DNA of 64,000 bases, taken from contig JALHOO010000002.1 of NCBI GenBank assembly GCA_022842945.1, positions 25,030 through 89,029 on the forward strand, given 5' to 3'. Below, piece by piece: positions 19,823 to 30,358 of this stretch. The translations under genes and the position numbers were made by a program. This DNA is from Minisyncoccota bacterium (GTDB lineage: Bacteria > Patescibacteriota > Minisyncoccia > Phycocordibacterales > Phycocordibacteraceae). Position 1 is the stretch's first letter; each line of letters opens with the position of its first letter. The notes under the pieces were generated by a model. The model searched no databases. It was not told where the DNA came from and worked only from the letters and a program-made list of their open reading frames with translations.

Positions 19823-20686
19823 ATGCACAAGAATCTCAAGATAGCTCTTTTAAGCATACTCGTTATCTTTGCGGGTATAGGTCTCCTGTTTACAGGCGTG
19901 TTTGTGGCCATGCAGTTCGGGCTTTTGAACGTGCGCGGTTCCATACTCGAGCGCAACAGTTTCTTTACGGAAACTACTTCAGCTGAAGCGGGTGTTGCTT
20001 CCGCGTCCTGCGTGGATCAAGGCAGCACAACCTGTACCTGGAGCGAGACACCAGAATGGCTCGTTGTTGCTGGAGGCCTTGAGAAGGATGCGCAGGTTAT
20101 CGCACGCGTCGCACAGGAGACCGGCGTTGATGCGCGTCTTATAGCAGCGGTAGTAGTGCCGGAGCAGATTCGTTTCTTTACCGCAGAGCGCGAGGTCTTT
20201 AAGCGATACTTTGAACCGCTCAAGATTCTTGGATCTCTTTCCAAGTTCTCTCTTGGTGTGTCAGGTATCAAGCAGGACACCGCACGTCTAGTTGAGATCT
20301 ATGCAAACGACCCCGCTTCCCCGTTCTACCCAGGACCCGGAGCGAGCGAACTGCTCGCATACTCTCCCGATGTCCGTGACCAGGACGCGGAGCTCTTCCT
20401 TCGCCTTACCAATGAGAAGGATCACTACTACTCCTATCTCTATACTGCGCTTTATCTCAAAGAGGTTATGGCGCAATGGGAGCGCGCAGGGTTTCCGTTA
20501 GATACGGAAACTGATACAGATGTACTTGTGACGCTCTTTAATATTGGATTTACTAACTCCGTTCCTAAAGAGAACCCAGGTCCGGGCGGCGCAAGTATCA
20601 CTGTCGGCGACACGTCCTATCTATTCGGTACCCTTGGTGCTGCGTTCTACCACTCAGACGAACTCGTATCAGTATTTGCACGCTAA
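19823..20686 (+). CDS. Hypothetical N-terminally membrane-anchored exported protein
   Basis: TM helix at residues 7-30. No recognisable motif. Confidence 0.4.
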   Translation: MHKNLKIALLSILVIFAGIGLLFTGVFVAMQFGLLNVRGSILERNSFFTETTSAEAGVASASCVDQGSTTCTWSETPEWLVVAGGLEKDAQVIARVAQETGVDARLIAAVVVPEQIRFFTAEREVFKRYFEPLKILGSLSKFSLGVSGIKQDTARLVEIYANDPASPFYPGPGASELLAYSPDVRDQDAELFLRLTNEKDHYYSYLYTALYLKEVMAQWERAGFPLDTETDTDVLVTLFNIGFTNSVPKENPGPGGASITVGDTSYLFGTLGAAFYHSDELVSVFAR

Positions 20687-20961
20687 CCTTCACACACCTC
20701 TCATGCGTGGGTTTGTATAGTGCACGCATATGCACACACCGAGCATAGAATCCATTTTCATCCGCAAGCAGGAAGAGCGCTCCTACCCCATAGCAAAGCA
20801 CCTCTACGAGATGCCCTTTGTAGGCTCTCTTGCACGTGCATGGGTACATGCAACGCGCTCCACAGGACCCCAGACACTGTGGGCTACCCTTCCACCTCTT
20901 TCTGCCTAACGTAGGCGGTGTAGAATGGACGCACTCAGGTCCGTGATACACACCACAAAAC

Positions 20962-21405
20962 ATGGCACAGCATAACGCGCGATGTGCGGGCGGCATTGTC
21001 CTTGGAGACAGCGGTACCGTGGTACTCGTACAAAGAACCGGCGGAGATGGCGCATGGCTCTTTCCTAAAGGGCATATAGACGAAGGCGAGGATGACGAAG
21101 CGGCTGCACGCCGTGAGATAGAAGAAGAGACGGGCCTTACGAACCTAGAACTCATCGATGACCTTGGCACGTACACGAGACACGGCATACACAAAGACGG
21201 CACCCCGAACCTTGAGAACGTTAAAGAGATTCATATGTTCCTCTTTGCTGCAGAGCCGCATTCTAGTCTCAATCCTTCTCACGAAATAGAAGAAGCACAA
21301 TGGGTATCGCTCTCTCGCCTTATCCACGAGATTGGGAACGCGAAAGACAAAGCATGGTTTACCACCGTCTTTGAGCGTGTGCGTCACGCCATTCAACGAG
21401 ACTAG
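20962..21405 (+). CDS. NUDIX hydrolase
   Basis: NUDIX box GHIDEGEDDEAAARREIEEETGL. Confidence 0.8.
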   Translation: MAQHNARCAGGIVLGDSGTVVLVQRTGGDGAWLFPKGHIDEGEDDEAAARREIEEETGLTNLELIDDLGTYTRHGIHKDGTPNLENVKEIHMFLFAAEPHSSLNPSHEIEEAQWVSLSRLIHEIGNAKDKAWFTTVFERVRHAIQRD

Positions 21406-22559
21406 CGAATAGCGCGCGCAATCGCAGGCACTACCCGCGCATCAAGCACATCAGGGATTATCTTGGTTGCCGTAGGGATGGGCACAAGCGCCGCAAGCGC
21501 GTGTGCCGCACGGAGCTTTGATGCTTCGGTTATCTCTGTAACCTGCTTATCAAGCGCTCCGCGGAATACACCTGGAAACACCAGTGCGTTGTTAATCTGA
21601 TTCGGGAAATCAGATCGTCCCGTTGCAATAACCATAGCCCCACCCTTCTTCGCTTGCTCGGGCATAATCTCAGGCACAGGGTTTGAAAGCGCAAAGACAA
21701 TAGCGCGTGGAGCCATACACGTAATATCTTCAGCGGTAAGTAGATTTGGACCCGAGACACCAATAAAGGCGTCGCTTCCGTGAAGTGCGTCTCGCATGCT
21801 TCCTGAAACCTGGCGAGGATTCGTGAGACTCGCTATCTCTTGTTTGCTCGCATTCAAGTCCTTGCGCCCCTTGTGTATAGCTCCTCCGCGATCAATAAGT
21901 ATGAGGTCATCTATGCCTGATGCTTTAAGGAGCTTCGCGATGGCGACACCCGCAGCTCCTGCGCCACTAATAACAACGTTCAGCTTCTTGAATGGTTTCT
22001 TCACCACCTTCGCGGCATTCATGAGCCCAGCCAGCACCACCATAGCGGTACCATGCTGGTCGTCATGCATAACGGGAATATCGAGTGCCTCGATAAGCCG
22101 CCGCTCGATTTCAAAACACTCCGGAGCTTTAATGTCCTCGAGGTTAATACCTCCCCACCCCGGTGCAATAGCAATAATGGTACGCACTATTTCGTCAGGG
22201 TCCTGTGTGTTTAGAACAATAGGCCACGCGTCTATACCTGCAAACTCTCGAAAGATAAGTGCTTTCCCTTCCATAACAGGAAGCGCGCCATAGGGGCCAA
22301 TGTTCCCAAGTCCAAGCACGGCCGAGCCGTCGCTAATAACCGCAACACTATTCTTCTTAACGGAAAACTTCCGTGCGTCCTCAGGATACTTCGCAAGATG
22401 GAGAGACGCGGTCCCGACGCCAGGAGTGTAATAGAGCGCGAGCGCTTCCTTCTTCTTTAGGGGGACTCTTCCCTTGGTTTCAATACGAGCGCCCGTCTTC
22501 TTAAATGCCGATAACACCTGGGCAGGCGTAGGCGGGAGAGATTTCTTGCGTAGAGACAT
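21402..22559 (-). CDS. NAD(P)-dependent malic enzyme (short form)
   Basis: Malic-enzyme N-terminal and NAD-binding domains (YTPGVG..., VISGAGAAGVAIA). Convergent 4-nt overlap with the NUDIX gene. Confidence 0.8.
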   Translation of the reverse strand: MSLRKKSLPPTPAQVLSAFKKTGARIETKGRVPLKKKEALALYYTPGVGTASLHLAKYPEDARKFSVKKNSVAVISDGSAVLGLGNIGPYGALPVMEGKALIFREFAGIDAWPIVLNTQDPDEIVRTIIAIAPGWGGINLEDIKAPECFEIERRLIEALDIPVMHDDQHGTAMVVLAGLMNAAKVVKKPFKKLNVVISGAGAAGVAIAKLLKASGIDDLILIDRGGAIHKGRKDLNASKQEIASLTNPRQVSGSMRDALHGSDAFIGVSGPNLLTAEDITCMAPRAIVFALSNPVPEIMPEQAKKGGAMVIATGRSDFPNQINNALVFPGVFRGALDKQVTEITEASKLRAAHALAALVPIPTATKIIPDVLDARVVPAIARAIR

Positions 22560-22598
22560 GTAGATACTAGTGAACGATTGCTCGCAGAGTATCGCAGT

Positions 22599-24170
22599 CT
22601 AGCTCGCGGTTGTCGAACACGTCTTTAGAAGTGCTGCGCGCGTTGCCGGTCCCACAATGCCGTACGCCGTGGAACTCGGTGAGACAATCTTTTCCTGTAC
22701 TTGGAACCGCTTCACGGCTGCAAGCGTAGCGGGTCCAAAATACCCCGTTACCTTCCCTTCTGGAAACATCGTAGGATTCTTTGCAAGGAGCGTCTGCAGT
22801 CGCGTAACCTCTCCCTTGGTTGAGGCGTCGTCTGCACTAGGTATCAGCTCACTCGTGAACGCAGCGCAGACAGTACCGGGGGTTGGTGTCGGGGCTTGCA
22901 GTACTGGCGCCTGAAGTACTTCTGCAAGAACCGGAGTTGAGAGACCAAACGCAGTATTAAGGGCTTGCCGTGTTGAAGGCCCAAGGAGTCCCGTTTGCTC
23001 AATACCCTTCTGTGCCTGGAATGCCTTGAGTGCAAGTGTGGTGCACTCGTTTAGAATGCCCGATACCGGACACTCAGCCAAAGAGGCCTCGGTTCCTGGA
23101 TACAAGCCGAGACTTCGAAGAGATGCCTGGAGCGCGTAGATTGCGCGAGGGTTTGCAGCGGTTGTAGTCGCGAGCACGTCACTTCCAAACTGGAACGGAA
23201 GCGCACGTGAGGCGTACGGTGCGCGTTCGGTTGAGCCAAAGAAGTCCTTCACGCCGAGTGCGGTTTGATACGCAAAGTCCATAAAGACTTCGTTGCGTGC
23301 ACCGTCTCCCGTTATGCGCGGCTCATAGATATATCCGTACTCAATAAGGAGGCTCGGTGGCTTGGCGGTGTTGTACGCACCAATGGCGATGAGCTCTCGG
23401 GACTCGAGAATACCTGTTACCTCCTGTCCAAACGTAGAGGTTGCTGTGGTGGTATTGAGCCGGTCGAATATAGGCTCTGCAATAGCTCGGGAAGTCTTTC
23501 CGTTTCCGTACAAACGCTCAGGGATGTAAATAGAGGCTCCTGAGTGTATGCCACGAACGTTCTCTTCGTGTCCCGTCTCGTCATTCAAATGGAGATGGAG
23601 GACAAGATCCACATCGTTCTCGTTGGACCATTTGTTTATGCCATACAGACGAAGTGCCACATCGCTTCTGGCAGCGTTGTGTGCTGCATGTGCATACGTC
23701 TCTTCGAGTCGTCCACGTTTCTCGAGTTTCTTCATAGCCTCCTTCTGCTTCTCGACAAAGCGCTCAATCTTTTTTCCCTGCCTGTCAAAGTAGTACTCAA
23801 AATCATCGTTCCATCCCTGGGTTCCGCGCGCGACAAATACTTCAAAGTTTGGGTCAGTTCTAAGCTCCTGTGCCAGCTGCTCGGCAATAGCAACCACGAA
23901 CTCACGCTCGTAATACCCCATGAACTCGGTGCCTCCATAGTTGTGCTCATGCCCCGGCATGATGAGAATACGGACCTTCTCTCCACCCGCACTCGCTTCA
24001 GCATATGCCTCACTCAAATCATCAACACTCATCGCCTCTTCAAAGGAGACCGTACGTTTCTTTGAAGCTGCCTCAAGATGCGGGGCGCCACTTATGAACA
24101 CAACCGCAAGAATCAGGGTGAAAGAGAGGGAGGTTGGAAAGAATGTACGCATATGTATGTACCCTAGCAT
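22599..24170 (-). CDS. Secreted N-acetylmuramoyl-L-alanine amidase-like cell-wall hydrolase with two C-terminal PG_binding_1 domains
   Basis: Signal peptide. Amidase_3-like core. Two LxxxQxxxGL...G..T peptidoglycan-binding repeats. Confidence 0.6.
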   Translation of the reverse strand: MLGYIHMRTFFPTSLSFTLILAVVFISGAPHLEAASKKRTVSFEEAMSVDDLSEAYAEASAGGEKVRILIMPGHEHNYGGTEFMGYYEREFVVAIAEQLAQELRTDPNFEVFVARGTQGWNDDFEYYFDRQGKKIERFVEKQKEAMKKLEKRGRLEETYAHAAHNAARSDVALRLYGINKWSNENDVDLVLHLHLNDETGHEENVRGIHSGASIYIPERLYGNGKTSRAIAEPIFDRLNTTTATSTFGQEVTGILESRELIAIGAYNTAKPPSLLIEYGYIYEPRITGDGARNEVFMDFAYQTALGVKDFFGSTERAPYASRALPFQFGSDVLATTTAANPRAIYALQASLRSLGLYPGTEASLAECPVSGILNECTTLALKAFQAQKGIEQTGLLGPSTRQALNTAFGLSTPVLAEVLQAPVLQAPTPTPGTVCAAFTSELIPSADDASTKGEVTRLQTLLAKNPTMFPEGKVTGYFGPATLAAVKRFQVQEKIVSPSSTAYGIVGPATRAALLKTCSTTAS

Positions 24171-24225
24171 GAGGACTATATCCCCATACTGGCGTACTAC
24201 CTATGACGTAGGCGTGAAGCCTGTC

Positions 24226-24597
24226 TTACTTCTTTGCGTGCACAAATACCTTGGCCGTACAGGTCGAGGTCGCGCCACTCTTTGACGTAAACGTCATCGG
24301 GAACTCATGCTTGCCGAGAACTGCTATAGAAATACGCTGCCTGCCCTTTGTTGCCCACTCTTTATCTCCTTTCACCATTCCCGTAACAGTCTCTGCATTT
24401 CGACTCTTCCACACAATATCAACCGATCCTCCTGAACGGATGACACGCTTGGTTGCACGCACCTCACAGGTTGGCGGGAGCGGAACCATAGTTATGTTCG
24501 CGACACGCAGTTCAAGGTCTGCGGCACGTGCGGGCATCGGTACGAACGCACCAAGGAGAACAGGAATAACAAGGAATGCGGCAAGTCGGTAGGTCAT
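24226..24597 (-). CDS. Small secreted protein, unknown function
   Basis: Signal peptide MTYRLAAFLVIPVLLGAFVPMPARA then ~100 aa. Confidence 0.4.
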   Translation of the reverse strand: MTYRLAAFLVIPVLLGAFVPMPARAADLELRVANITMVPLPPTCEVRATKRVIRSGGSVDIVWKSRNAETVTGMVKGDKEWATKGRQRISIAVLGKHEFPMTFTSKSGATSTCTAKVFVHAKK

Positions 24598-24633
24598 ACC
24601 TCTATGAGAACATGGTCGAGGAGATTGCACCAG

Positions 24634-26850
24634 ATGTCCCCTTTGATACAGGGACGTATACTGAGAGACATGAAGCCTACGGACGTGGTATCACAGCACT
24701 TCACCCGATTGAAGCCCGACCAGAAGAAAGCACTCGAGAAACTGGGTATTCGCACCATTCTCGACCTTCTCTACCACTTCCCTGCGCGATACGAAGCAGG
24801 AGGTCCCACCGGCACCATAGGAAGTGCCACGGCCGGGAGCGAGGTAACGCTGTACGGCACCATACGTAAGCCTGAGGCGAAGAAGGCATGGAAGTCGAAG
24901 CGTCCTATGGGAGAAGCGTGGCTTGAGGACGCGTCAGGACGCATGAAACTGCGGTGGTTCTCTCAGCCCTATATTGCAAAGTCTCTAACCGACGGCATGG
25001 TGGTGAAAGCAAGCGGAAAGATTGCTGGAACAGGAGACAAAATATATCTCGCAAACCCTGAGATAGATCGTTCAGTCGTGAACCCAGAAGACATACACGA
25101 CAGCCTCTTCTCGGCCGTGGACGAGCTTGGCACCACAATTCTCGAGGACACGCTCTACGCCATATACCCCGAATCTAAGGGTGTCTCGTCACTCTGGTTC
25201 CTGCACGCACTGAAGCGTGTGTTTGAAGCCGGCGTACACGAACACCTTGTAGACCCTTTACCTAAAGACATGCTCGAGCGGTACAACCTCCCCACCCTCG
25301 GCACCGCACTCATATGGATGCATGCGCCAAGAAAGCTTCCGGACGCTCAATCTGCAAAGAAGCGTTTCGCCTTCCAAGAAGTGCTCGCTATTCAGCTCAC
25401 CACACAGCGTCGCCGACTTGAAGCAACGAAAGAACGTGCGCTGCCGGTACACGCAGACCGCACATCGCTTCAAGCATTCATGGACTCCTTTCCGTTTCCA
25501 CCAACCGAGGCCCAAGCCCGCTCTATTGAGAGCATCGTAGCGGACTTCGAGAAGCCACATCCTATGAGAAGACTTCTTGAAGGAGACGTGGGTAGCGGAA
25601 AGACGGCGGTAGCGGCAGCAACGGCGTACATGGTTGCGACATCGCGTCCTCCGGGAAGAGTGGCGGGTACCCTCCAGGTTGCGTACATGTGCCCTACCGA
25701 GATTCTTGCGAAGCAACACTTCTCAACCTTCGTCTCGTACTTCAAGGAACACCCCATTCCCATTGGCCTCATAACGGGCAACGAATGCAGGAAGTTCCCC
25801 TCTAAAGTTTCGTACGAGGAGTCTGCGAAGGTGTCTCGTGCGCAGTTTGCGAAGTGGGTAGCCAATGGCGAGATTCCTATTGTTATAGGTACGCACGCGC
25901 TCGTATACAAGTCGCTGAAGTTTCAGAACCTCGCATACGCCATTATCGACGAGCAGCACCGCTTCGGGAAAGCGCACCGCCAAAAGCTCACGAAGAAGGA
26001 TGGTTCTCTGTCTCCGCACCTTCTTTCTATGACAGCGACACCTATTCCCCGCACGCTCGCCCTCTCTATATATGGAGACCTTGATTTATCTCTGCTCGAT
26101 CAGATGCCTCTTGGAAGAAAGCCCATTATTTCTGAAGTGCTCGGCCCCGAGAAGCGAGAAAAGGCCTATGAGCGCGTACGCTCGGAACTCGCACTCGGAC
26201 ACCAGGCGTATGTTATCTGTCCCCGCATAGACGAGCCGGACCCGCAGAAGGAGTTCGCAGTGCAAGCGAAGTCTGTTAAGGCTGAGGCAGAGAGACTCAA
26301 ATTGAACGTGTTCCCGGACGCTGAGATAGACATCCTACACAGCAAAATGACGCCGAAGGATAAGGAAGCGGTTATGAAACGATTCGAGAACGGCGAGGTA
26401 CAGATTCTCGTAGCGACGTCCGTTGTTGAGGTTGGTGTGAACGTGCCCAACGCTACTGTTATCCTCATTGAAGGCGCAGAGCGCTTTGGTCTCGCCCAGC
26501 TACATCAGTTACGCGGACGCGTTATTCGCTCAAGCAACCAAGCGTACTGCTTCGCACTTCCAAACTCCTACGGACCCGCCACCAAAGAACGGTTGAAAGC
26601 ACTCATAACCGCGAAGAACGGCTTTGAGCTCGCTGAGTACGATCTCGCGCTTCGAGGAGCCGGAGAGCTCTATGGCGCACGCCAGTGGGGCGTGTCGGAC
26701 ATGGCTATGGAGGCACTCAAGAACATCAAGATGGTTGAGGCAGCGAGAACTGAAGCACAGGACCTTATTAAGAAAGACCCGGAATTGAAGAAGCACCCCC
26801 TTCTTGCAGAGCTCGCCAAGGAAGCAGACGAAGAGGTGCATCCTGAATAA
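24634..26850 (+). CDS. recG: ATP-dependent DNA helicase RecG
   Basis: Wedge domain plus DEQH helicase core (DVGSGKTAVAA, DEQHRFG). ~738 aa. The exact start is uncertain (alternatives at 24604 or 24670). Confidence 0.85.
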   Translation: MSPLIQGRILRDMKPTDVVSQHFTRLKPDQKKALEKLGIRTILDLLYHFPARYEAGGPTGTIGSATAGSEVTLYGTIRKPEAKKAWKSKRPMGEAWLEDASGRMKLRWFSQPYIAKSLTDGMVVKASGKIAGTGDKIYLANPEIDRSVVNPEDIHDSLFSAVDELGTTILEDTLYAIYPESKGVSSLWFLHALKRVFEAGVHEHLVDPLPKDMLERYNLPTLGTALIWMHAPRKLPDAQSAKKRFAFQEVLAIQLTTQRRRLEATKERALPVHADRTSLQAFMDSFPFPPTEAQARSIESIVADFEKPHPMRRLLEGDVGSGKTAVAAATAYMVATSRPPGRVAGTLQVAYMCPTEILAKQHFSTFVSYFKEHPIPIGLITGNECRKFPSKVSYEESAKVSRAQFAKWVANGEIPIVIGTHALVYKSLKFQNLAYAIIDEQHRFGKAHRQKLTKKDGSLSPHLLSMTATPIPRTLALSIYGDLDLSLLDQMPLGRKPIISEVLGPEKREKAYERVRSELALGHQAYVICPRIDEPDPQKEFAVQAKSVKAEAERLKLNVFPDAEIDILHSKMTPKDKEAVMKRFENGEVQILVATSVVEVGVNVPNATVILIEGAERFGLAQLHQLRGRVIRSSNQAYCFALPNSYGPATKERLKALITAKNGFELAEYDLALRGAGELYGARQWGVSDMAMEALKNIKMVEAARTEAQDLIKKDPELKKHPLLAELAKEADEEVHPE

Positions 26851-26897
26851 AACTGCTGACACGTGCGCCAATAAACCAGATACGCTACAGTATGTGG

Positions 26898-26974
26898 GCA
26901 CCCTTAGCTCAGTTGGTTAGAGCACCTAGCTTATACCTAGGCGGTCCTTGGTTCGAGTCCAAGAGGGTGCACCA
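26898..26974 (+). tRNA. tRNA with anticodon loop CTTATAC (anticodon UAU), a candidate tRNA-Ile2(UAU) reading AUA
   Basis: Hand-folded cloverleaf: acceptor GCACCCT/AGGGTGC (7/7 Watson-Crick), D-stem GCTC/GAGC, anticodon stem CCTAG/CTAGG, T-arm CTTGG-TTCGAGT-CCAAG, encoded CCA. Confidence 0.7.
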
Positions 26975-27037
26975 GACGTGCGCGGAGAACGAGATTTTGA
27001 TATGGTGCATTTTAGAACGCCTGAAAGGAGGTCAGCT

Positions 27038-27319
27038 ATGCTGATGAACGCGTTGCTCATTTTCGTCATATGGGGACCATGGGCCATCTGGGATTGGCGT
27101 CGGTGTGGAATATTTCCCTACCTCACCTGCATCTATATAGCGGCAATGGCATTCGGGGTTTGGAGCGCACTGAACGGTACTCCGGGCTTCGGCATCCCGT
27201 TTGCAGGAGGCGCCTACGGCCTCTATGCCGTCACTGGTGGCTTCTTCTGGTTCAGACACCAGGGAAACCCTGCCATCTCTCACATCACCCTCGACGAGGT
27301 GCTGGGCAAGTCCCACTGA
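27038..27319 (+). CDS. Small hydrophobic membrane protein (Trp/Gly-rich), unknown function
   Basis: Perfect SD AAAGGAGG 8 nt upstream of ATG at 27038. 2-3 TM helices. The ORF-track start at 26948 overlaps the tRNA and was rejected. Confidence 0.5.
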   Translation: MLMNALLIFVIWGPWAIWDWRRCGIFPYLTCIYIAAMAFGVWSALNGTPGFGIPFAGGAYGLYAVTGGFFWFRHQGNPAISHITLDEVLGKSH

Positions 27320-27324
27320 ACGAA

Positions 27325-27352
27325 GAACGGCGACTCCTCTCGGAGTCGCCGT
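27325..27352. terminator. Bidirectional hairpin AACGGCGACTCC-TCTC-GGAGTCGCCGTT between the small gene and the ftsH 3' end
   Basis: 12-bp stem. TTCCTTTTG follows on the plus strand. Confidence 0.6.
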
Positions 27353-27368
27353 TTTCCTTTTGCGTGCC

Positions 27369-29300
27369 CTAGATCGACACGTCTTCCTCTTCCTTCTTCT
27401 TTGGTGTAATGCCGTTTGCAATAAGGATAGTTTCAAACTCCTCACGCTCAAGCGTCTCCACCTCAGTAAGACGGTCTGCAATCGCGTCCAGTGCCTTGCG
27501 GTTCTCTTCGAGCACCTGGCGTGCGCGAGTCTTGCCTTCGTCTATGATGCGGGCAACTTCTGCATCAATCTTTGCCGCTATATCCTGCGAGTATGTAGCG
27601 TCGCCATATGCACGGTCTCCCGCGTACGCAACAGGCCCGAGTACGTCACTCATGCCGTAACGAGACACCATGTCGCGCGCGAGGGCTGCGATAACCGCAA
27701 GATCGTTTGAGGGGCCCGTTGTAAGGTCGCCGTAAATCATCTCCTCTGCTACGTATCCGCCAAGCGTAGTAGCGATGTCGTCGAGGAAGGTCTTCCGGGA
27801 GTGCATGCGCTTGTCGTCAAACGGAAGCTTGAGGGTGTAGCCTGCAGCGCGTCCGCGACTGATAATCGAGATCTTGTGAATCGGGTCTGAGTGCTCAAGT
27901 ACGGAGCCCACGAGTGCGTGTCCTGCCTCGTGATACGCGGTAAGGCGCTTCTCCTTCTTTCCAAGCAGATGGCTCTTTCGTTCCGGACCGAGCATAACCT
28001 TCTCAATAGAGCGCACGAGATCGTACTGCGTAATCTCCTTGCGGTTCTCGCGGGCAGCCAAGATTGCTCCCTCGTTCATGAGCGAATAGAGCTCGGCTCC
28101 AGAGAAGCCTGGAGTGCGCTCCGCGATAACCTCAAGGTTAACGTCAGGACCAAACGGCTTCTTGCGTGCGTGCACCGTAAGAATCTCAAGACGATCTTTT
28201 CGGTCTGGGAGGTCGATAGTTACACGACGGTCGAAGCGTCCTGGGCGAAGAAGTGCCGGGTCAAGGACGTCAGGACGGTTGGTTGCCGCCATAACGATAA
28301 CCTTCTCAGTCGGATCAAATCCGTCCATCTCAACGAGGATCTGGTTAAGCGTCTGCTCGCGTTCGTCGTTCCCTCCTCCCACACCCGTACCACGCACGCG
28401 CCCAACGGCATCAATCTCGTCGATGAAGATGATGGACGGCGATGTCTTCTTCGCAAGAAGGAAGAGATCGCGTACACGTGACGCTCCCACACCCACAAAC
28501 ATCTCAACGAACTCAGAGCCTGAGATGGAGAAGAATGGTACGCCCGCTTCTCCCGCAACGGCGCGCGCAAGAAGAGTCTTTCCCGTTCCTGGTGCACCCA
28601 TAAGAAGGATTCCCTTTGGAATACGTGCACCGATATCAAGAAACTTCTTCGGGTTCTTCAAGAAGTCCACAATCTCAAGAAGCTCTTCCTTGGCTTCCTT
28701 GGCACCAGCAACGTCAGAGAAGAGTACACGCTGGGAGGTGTCCGCAGGATCAATCATGCGGGCCTTGGACTGGCCGAATGAGAATGCCTGCATGCCGGAC
28801 CCGCGCACCTGGCGCGTAAGGAACCAGAAGAGTACGCCCAGGAAGAGTATCGGGAGAAGAATAGGTGCAAGGCTCAAGAACCAATACTTGAATCCAGACT
28901 CGCTCTCAACCGTTACGTTAACGGCAGTGAGCTGTTCAGGGGTAACACCATATGCAGCGAGCGTCTCTGGAAGCGATGCCTCTGGATCTTTCATTGCCTC
29001 GCGCTCGGTGCCGTCCGCGTACGCGAGCACGAGACCGTTGCCCTCGATATGGATAGACGAGATAACTCCTGCCCTCACGTCAGCAGCAACCTGGGAAAGA
29101 GACACAGGCTCTTCCTTGTCTCCTTGGTTGGTTATAAGCGAGTAGCCACTCGTGAGGATAATAAGGATAAGGACAGTTGAGATGAGATTCGCCATGAATC
29201 CGCCACCTCCCGGGAGAAAGCCTCCCTTCCCTACCTGCTTCTTGTCTGTCTTCTTTGGGCCGGACTTCTCTGACCCGGCTGGTTTCTTTTTTGGTGCCAT
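27369..29300 (-). CDS. ftsH: ATP-dependent zinc metalloprotease FtsH
   Basis: AAA Walker [12 protein letters not shown] region, zinc motif HEAGHA. 643 aa. Confidence 0.95.
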   Translation of the reverse strand: MAPKKKPAGSEKSGPKKTDKKQVGKGGFLPGGGGFMANLISTVLILIILTSGYSLITNQGDKEEPVSLSQVAADVRAGVISSIHIEGNGLVLAYADGTEREAMKDPEASLPETLAAYGVTPEQLTAVNVTVESESGFKYWFLSLAPILLPILFLGVLFWFLTRQVRGSGMQAFSFGQSKARMIDPADTSQRVLFSDVAGAKEAKEELLEIVDFLKNPKKFLDIGARIPKGILLMGAPGTGKTLLARAVAGEAGVPFFSISGSEFVEMFVGVGASRVRDLFLLAKKTSPSIIFIDEIDAVGRVRGTGVGGGNDEREQTLNQILVEMDGFDPTEKVIVMAATNRPDVLDPALLRPGRFDRRVTIDLPDRKDRLEILTVHARKKPFGPDVNLEVIAERTPGFSGAELYSLMNEGAILAARENRKEITQYDLVRSIEKVMLGPERKSHLLGKKEKRLTAYHEAGHALVGSVLEHSDPIHKISIISRGRAAGYTLKLPFDDKRMHSRKTFLDDIATTLGGYVAEEMIYGDLTTGPSNDLAVIAALARDMVSRYGMSDVLGPVAYAGDRAYGDATYSQDIAAKIDAEVARIIDEGKTRARQVLEENRKALDAIADRLTEVETLEREEFETILIANGITPKKKEEEDVSI

Positions 29301-29383
29301 AATCTCTCGATTATACGTCAGAGCAAGACGAAGTGCGACGGTAGAGGCGTTTTAGGTAAAAGCCTGGTACCCTTTATATATCC

Positions 29384-29830
29384 ATGACGACACTTATAGA
29401 GAACAAAAAAGCACGCCTTAGGTTTGAGGTGCTTGAGACCTTCCAAGCAGGTCTTGAGCTCCACGGATACGAGGTTAAATCTATCCGCGCGAAGCTCGGC
29501 AGTTTTGAAGGTTCCCGCGTTATTGTGCGCGGCGGCGAAGCCTTTATTGTTGGCATGACGATACCTCCCTTCCAGATTGCGAACGCACCGAAGACCTATG
29601 ATCCGGAGCGTCCGCGCAGACTGCTTCTGAAGCGCTCCGAGATAGTCGAACTCCTCGAAGCAGAAGCGAAGAAAGGATTGACACTAGTACCATTAGAGAT
29701 GTATAATGCGGGGAGATACCTGAAGGTGCGAGTAGCTATTGTCCGCGGAAAAGGCAAAGCGGATAAGCGCGAAGATATGAAGCGCTTAGAAGCCAAGAAA
29801 GAAGCGGATAGAGCCATGCGCCAGAAATAG
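29384..29830 (+). CDS. smpB: SsrA-binding protein
   Basis: 148 aa, typical SmpB sequence (KARLRFEVLETFQAGLELHGYEVKSIR...). Confidence 0.85.
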   Translation: MTTLIENKKARLRFEVLETFQAGLELHGYEVKSIRAKLGSFEGSRVIVRGGEAFIVGMTIPPFQIANAPKTYDPERPRRLLLKRSEIVELLEAEAKKGLTLVPLEMYNAGRYLKVRVAIVRGKGKADKREDMKRLEAKKEADRAMRQK

Positions 29831-29872
29831 TCGATCGGTCCCGTTCTCTATTCCTCTTGAGGAATAGAGAAC

Positions 29873-30280
29873 GGGGGTGACCGGCTTTGACGGTCCAGTA
29901 CTTTGAGAGACGTGCGACGCGGTGGAAGGATACTGACCACCTAAAAACGTATTCAACCAAACTTGCCAAGAACACTCTTGCAAGCGTAAAGTCGCCTTAC
30001 TTCGGTAAGTCCGATTTTGCGTTCGCTTACGCGTAAAAGCTTCGCGCTTTCGCCTAAGCGACGTTCATACCTCTAGGGTCTCGTAGCTAGGAGTATGGGC
30101 GGAATTCTCTACGAGATCGGTGCCCGCATGCCCAGGCGATGTACTTAAACAACGGGCGTAGGCAGGAACGTTTTCGCTAGCGTTCATACGCTTCTGCTGA
30201 AATCTAAACGTTAGCTACGCGTCGTAGACTCGCTCTTAAAGCTGGATTCGGACGGGAGTTCAACTCTCCCCACCTCCACC
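29873..30280 (+). ncRNA. ssrA: tmRNA (ssrA), one-piece, ~408 nt
   Basis: 5' GGGGGUGACCGGCUUUGACGG. 3' GGACGGGAGUUCAACUCUCCC-CACCUCC-A-CC. G3:U70 wobble in the acceptor. Candidate tag ORF ends ...GKSDFAFAYA* with TAA at 30033-30035. Immediately follows smpB. Confidence 0.85.
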
Positions 30281-30358
30281 GATATAGAACTATGTAGAAA
30301 TACATGGAACAGTAGAAAACCGCCCTGAGGCGGTTTTCTACTCGATACACAGTACTGA

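Noticed and set aside
20598-21203. 201-aa Cys/Arg/Ser-rich minus-strand ORF
   Set aside because: Overlaps the well-supported NUDIX gene on the opposite strand. Composition typical of a GC-rich shadow frame.
28114-29145. 343-aa plus-strand ORF (and 27891-28481)
   Set aside because: Antisense to ftsH. Arg/Ser-rich shadow frame.
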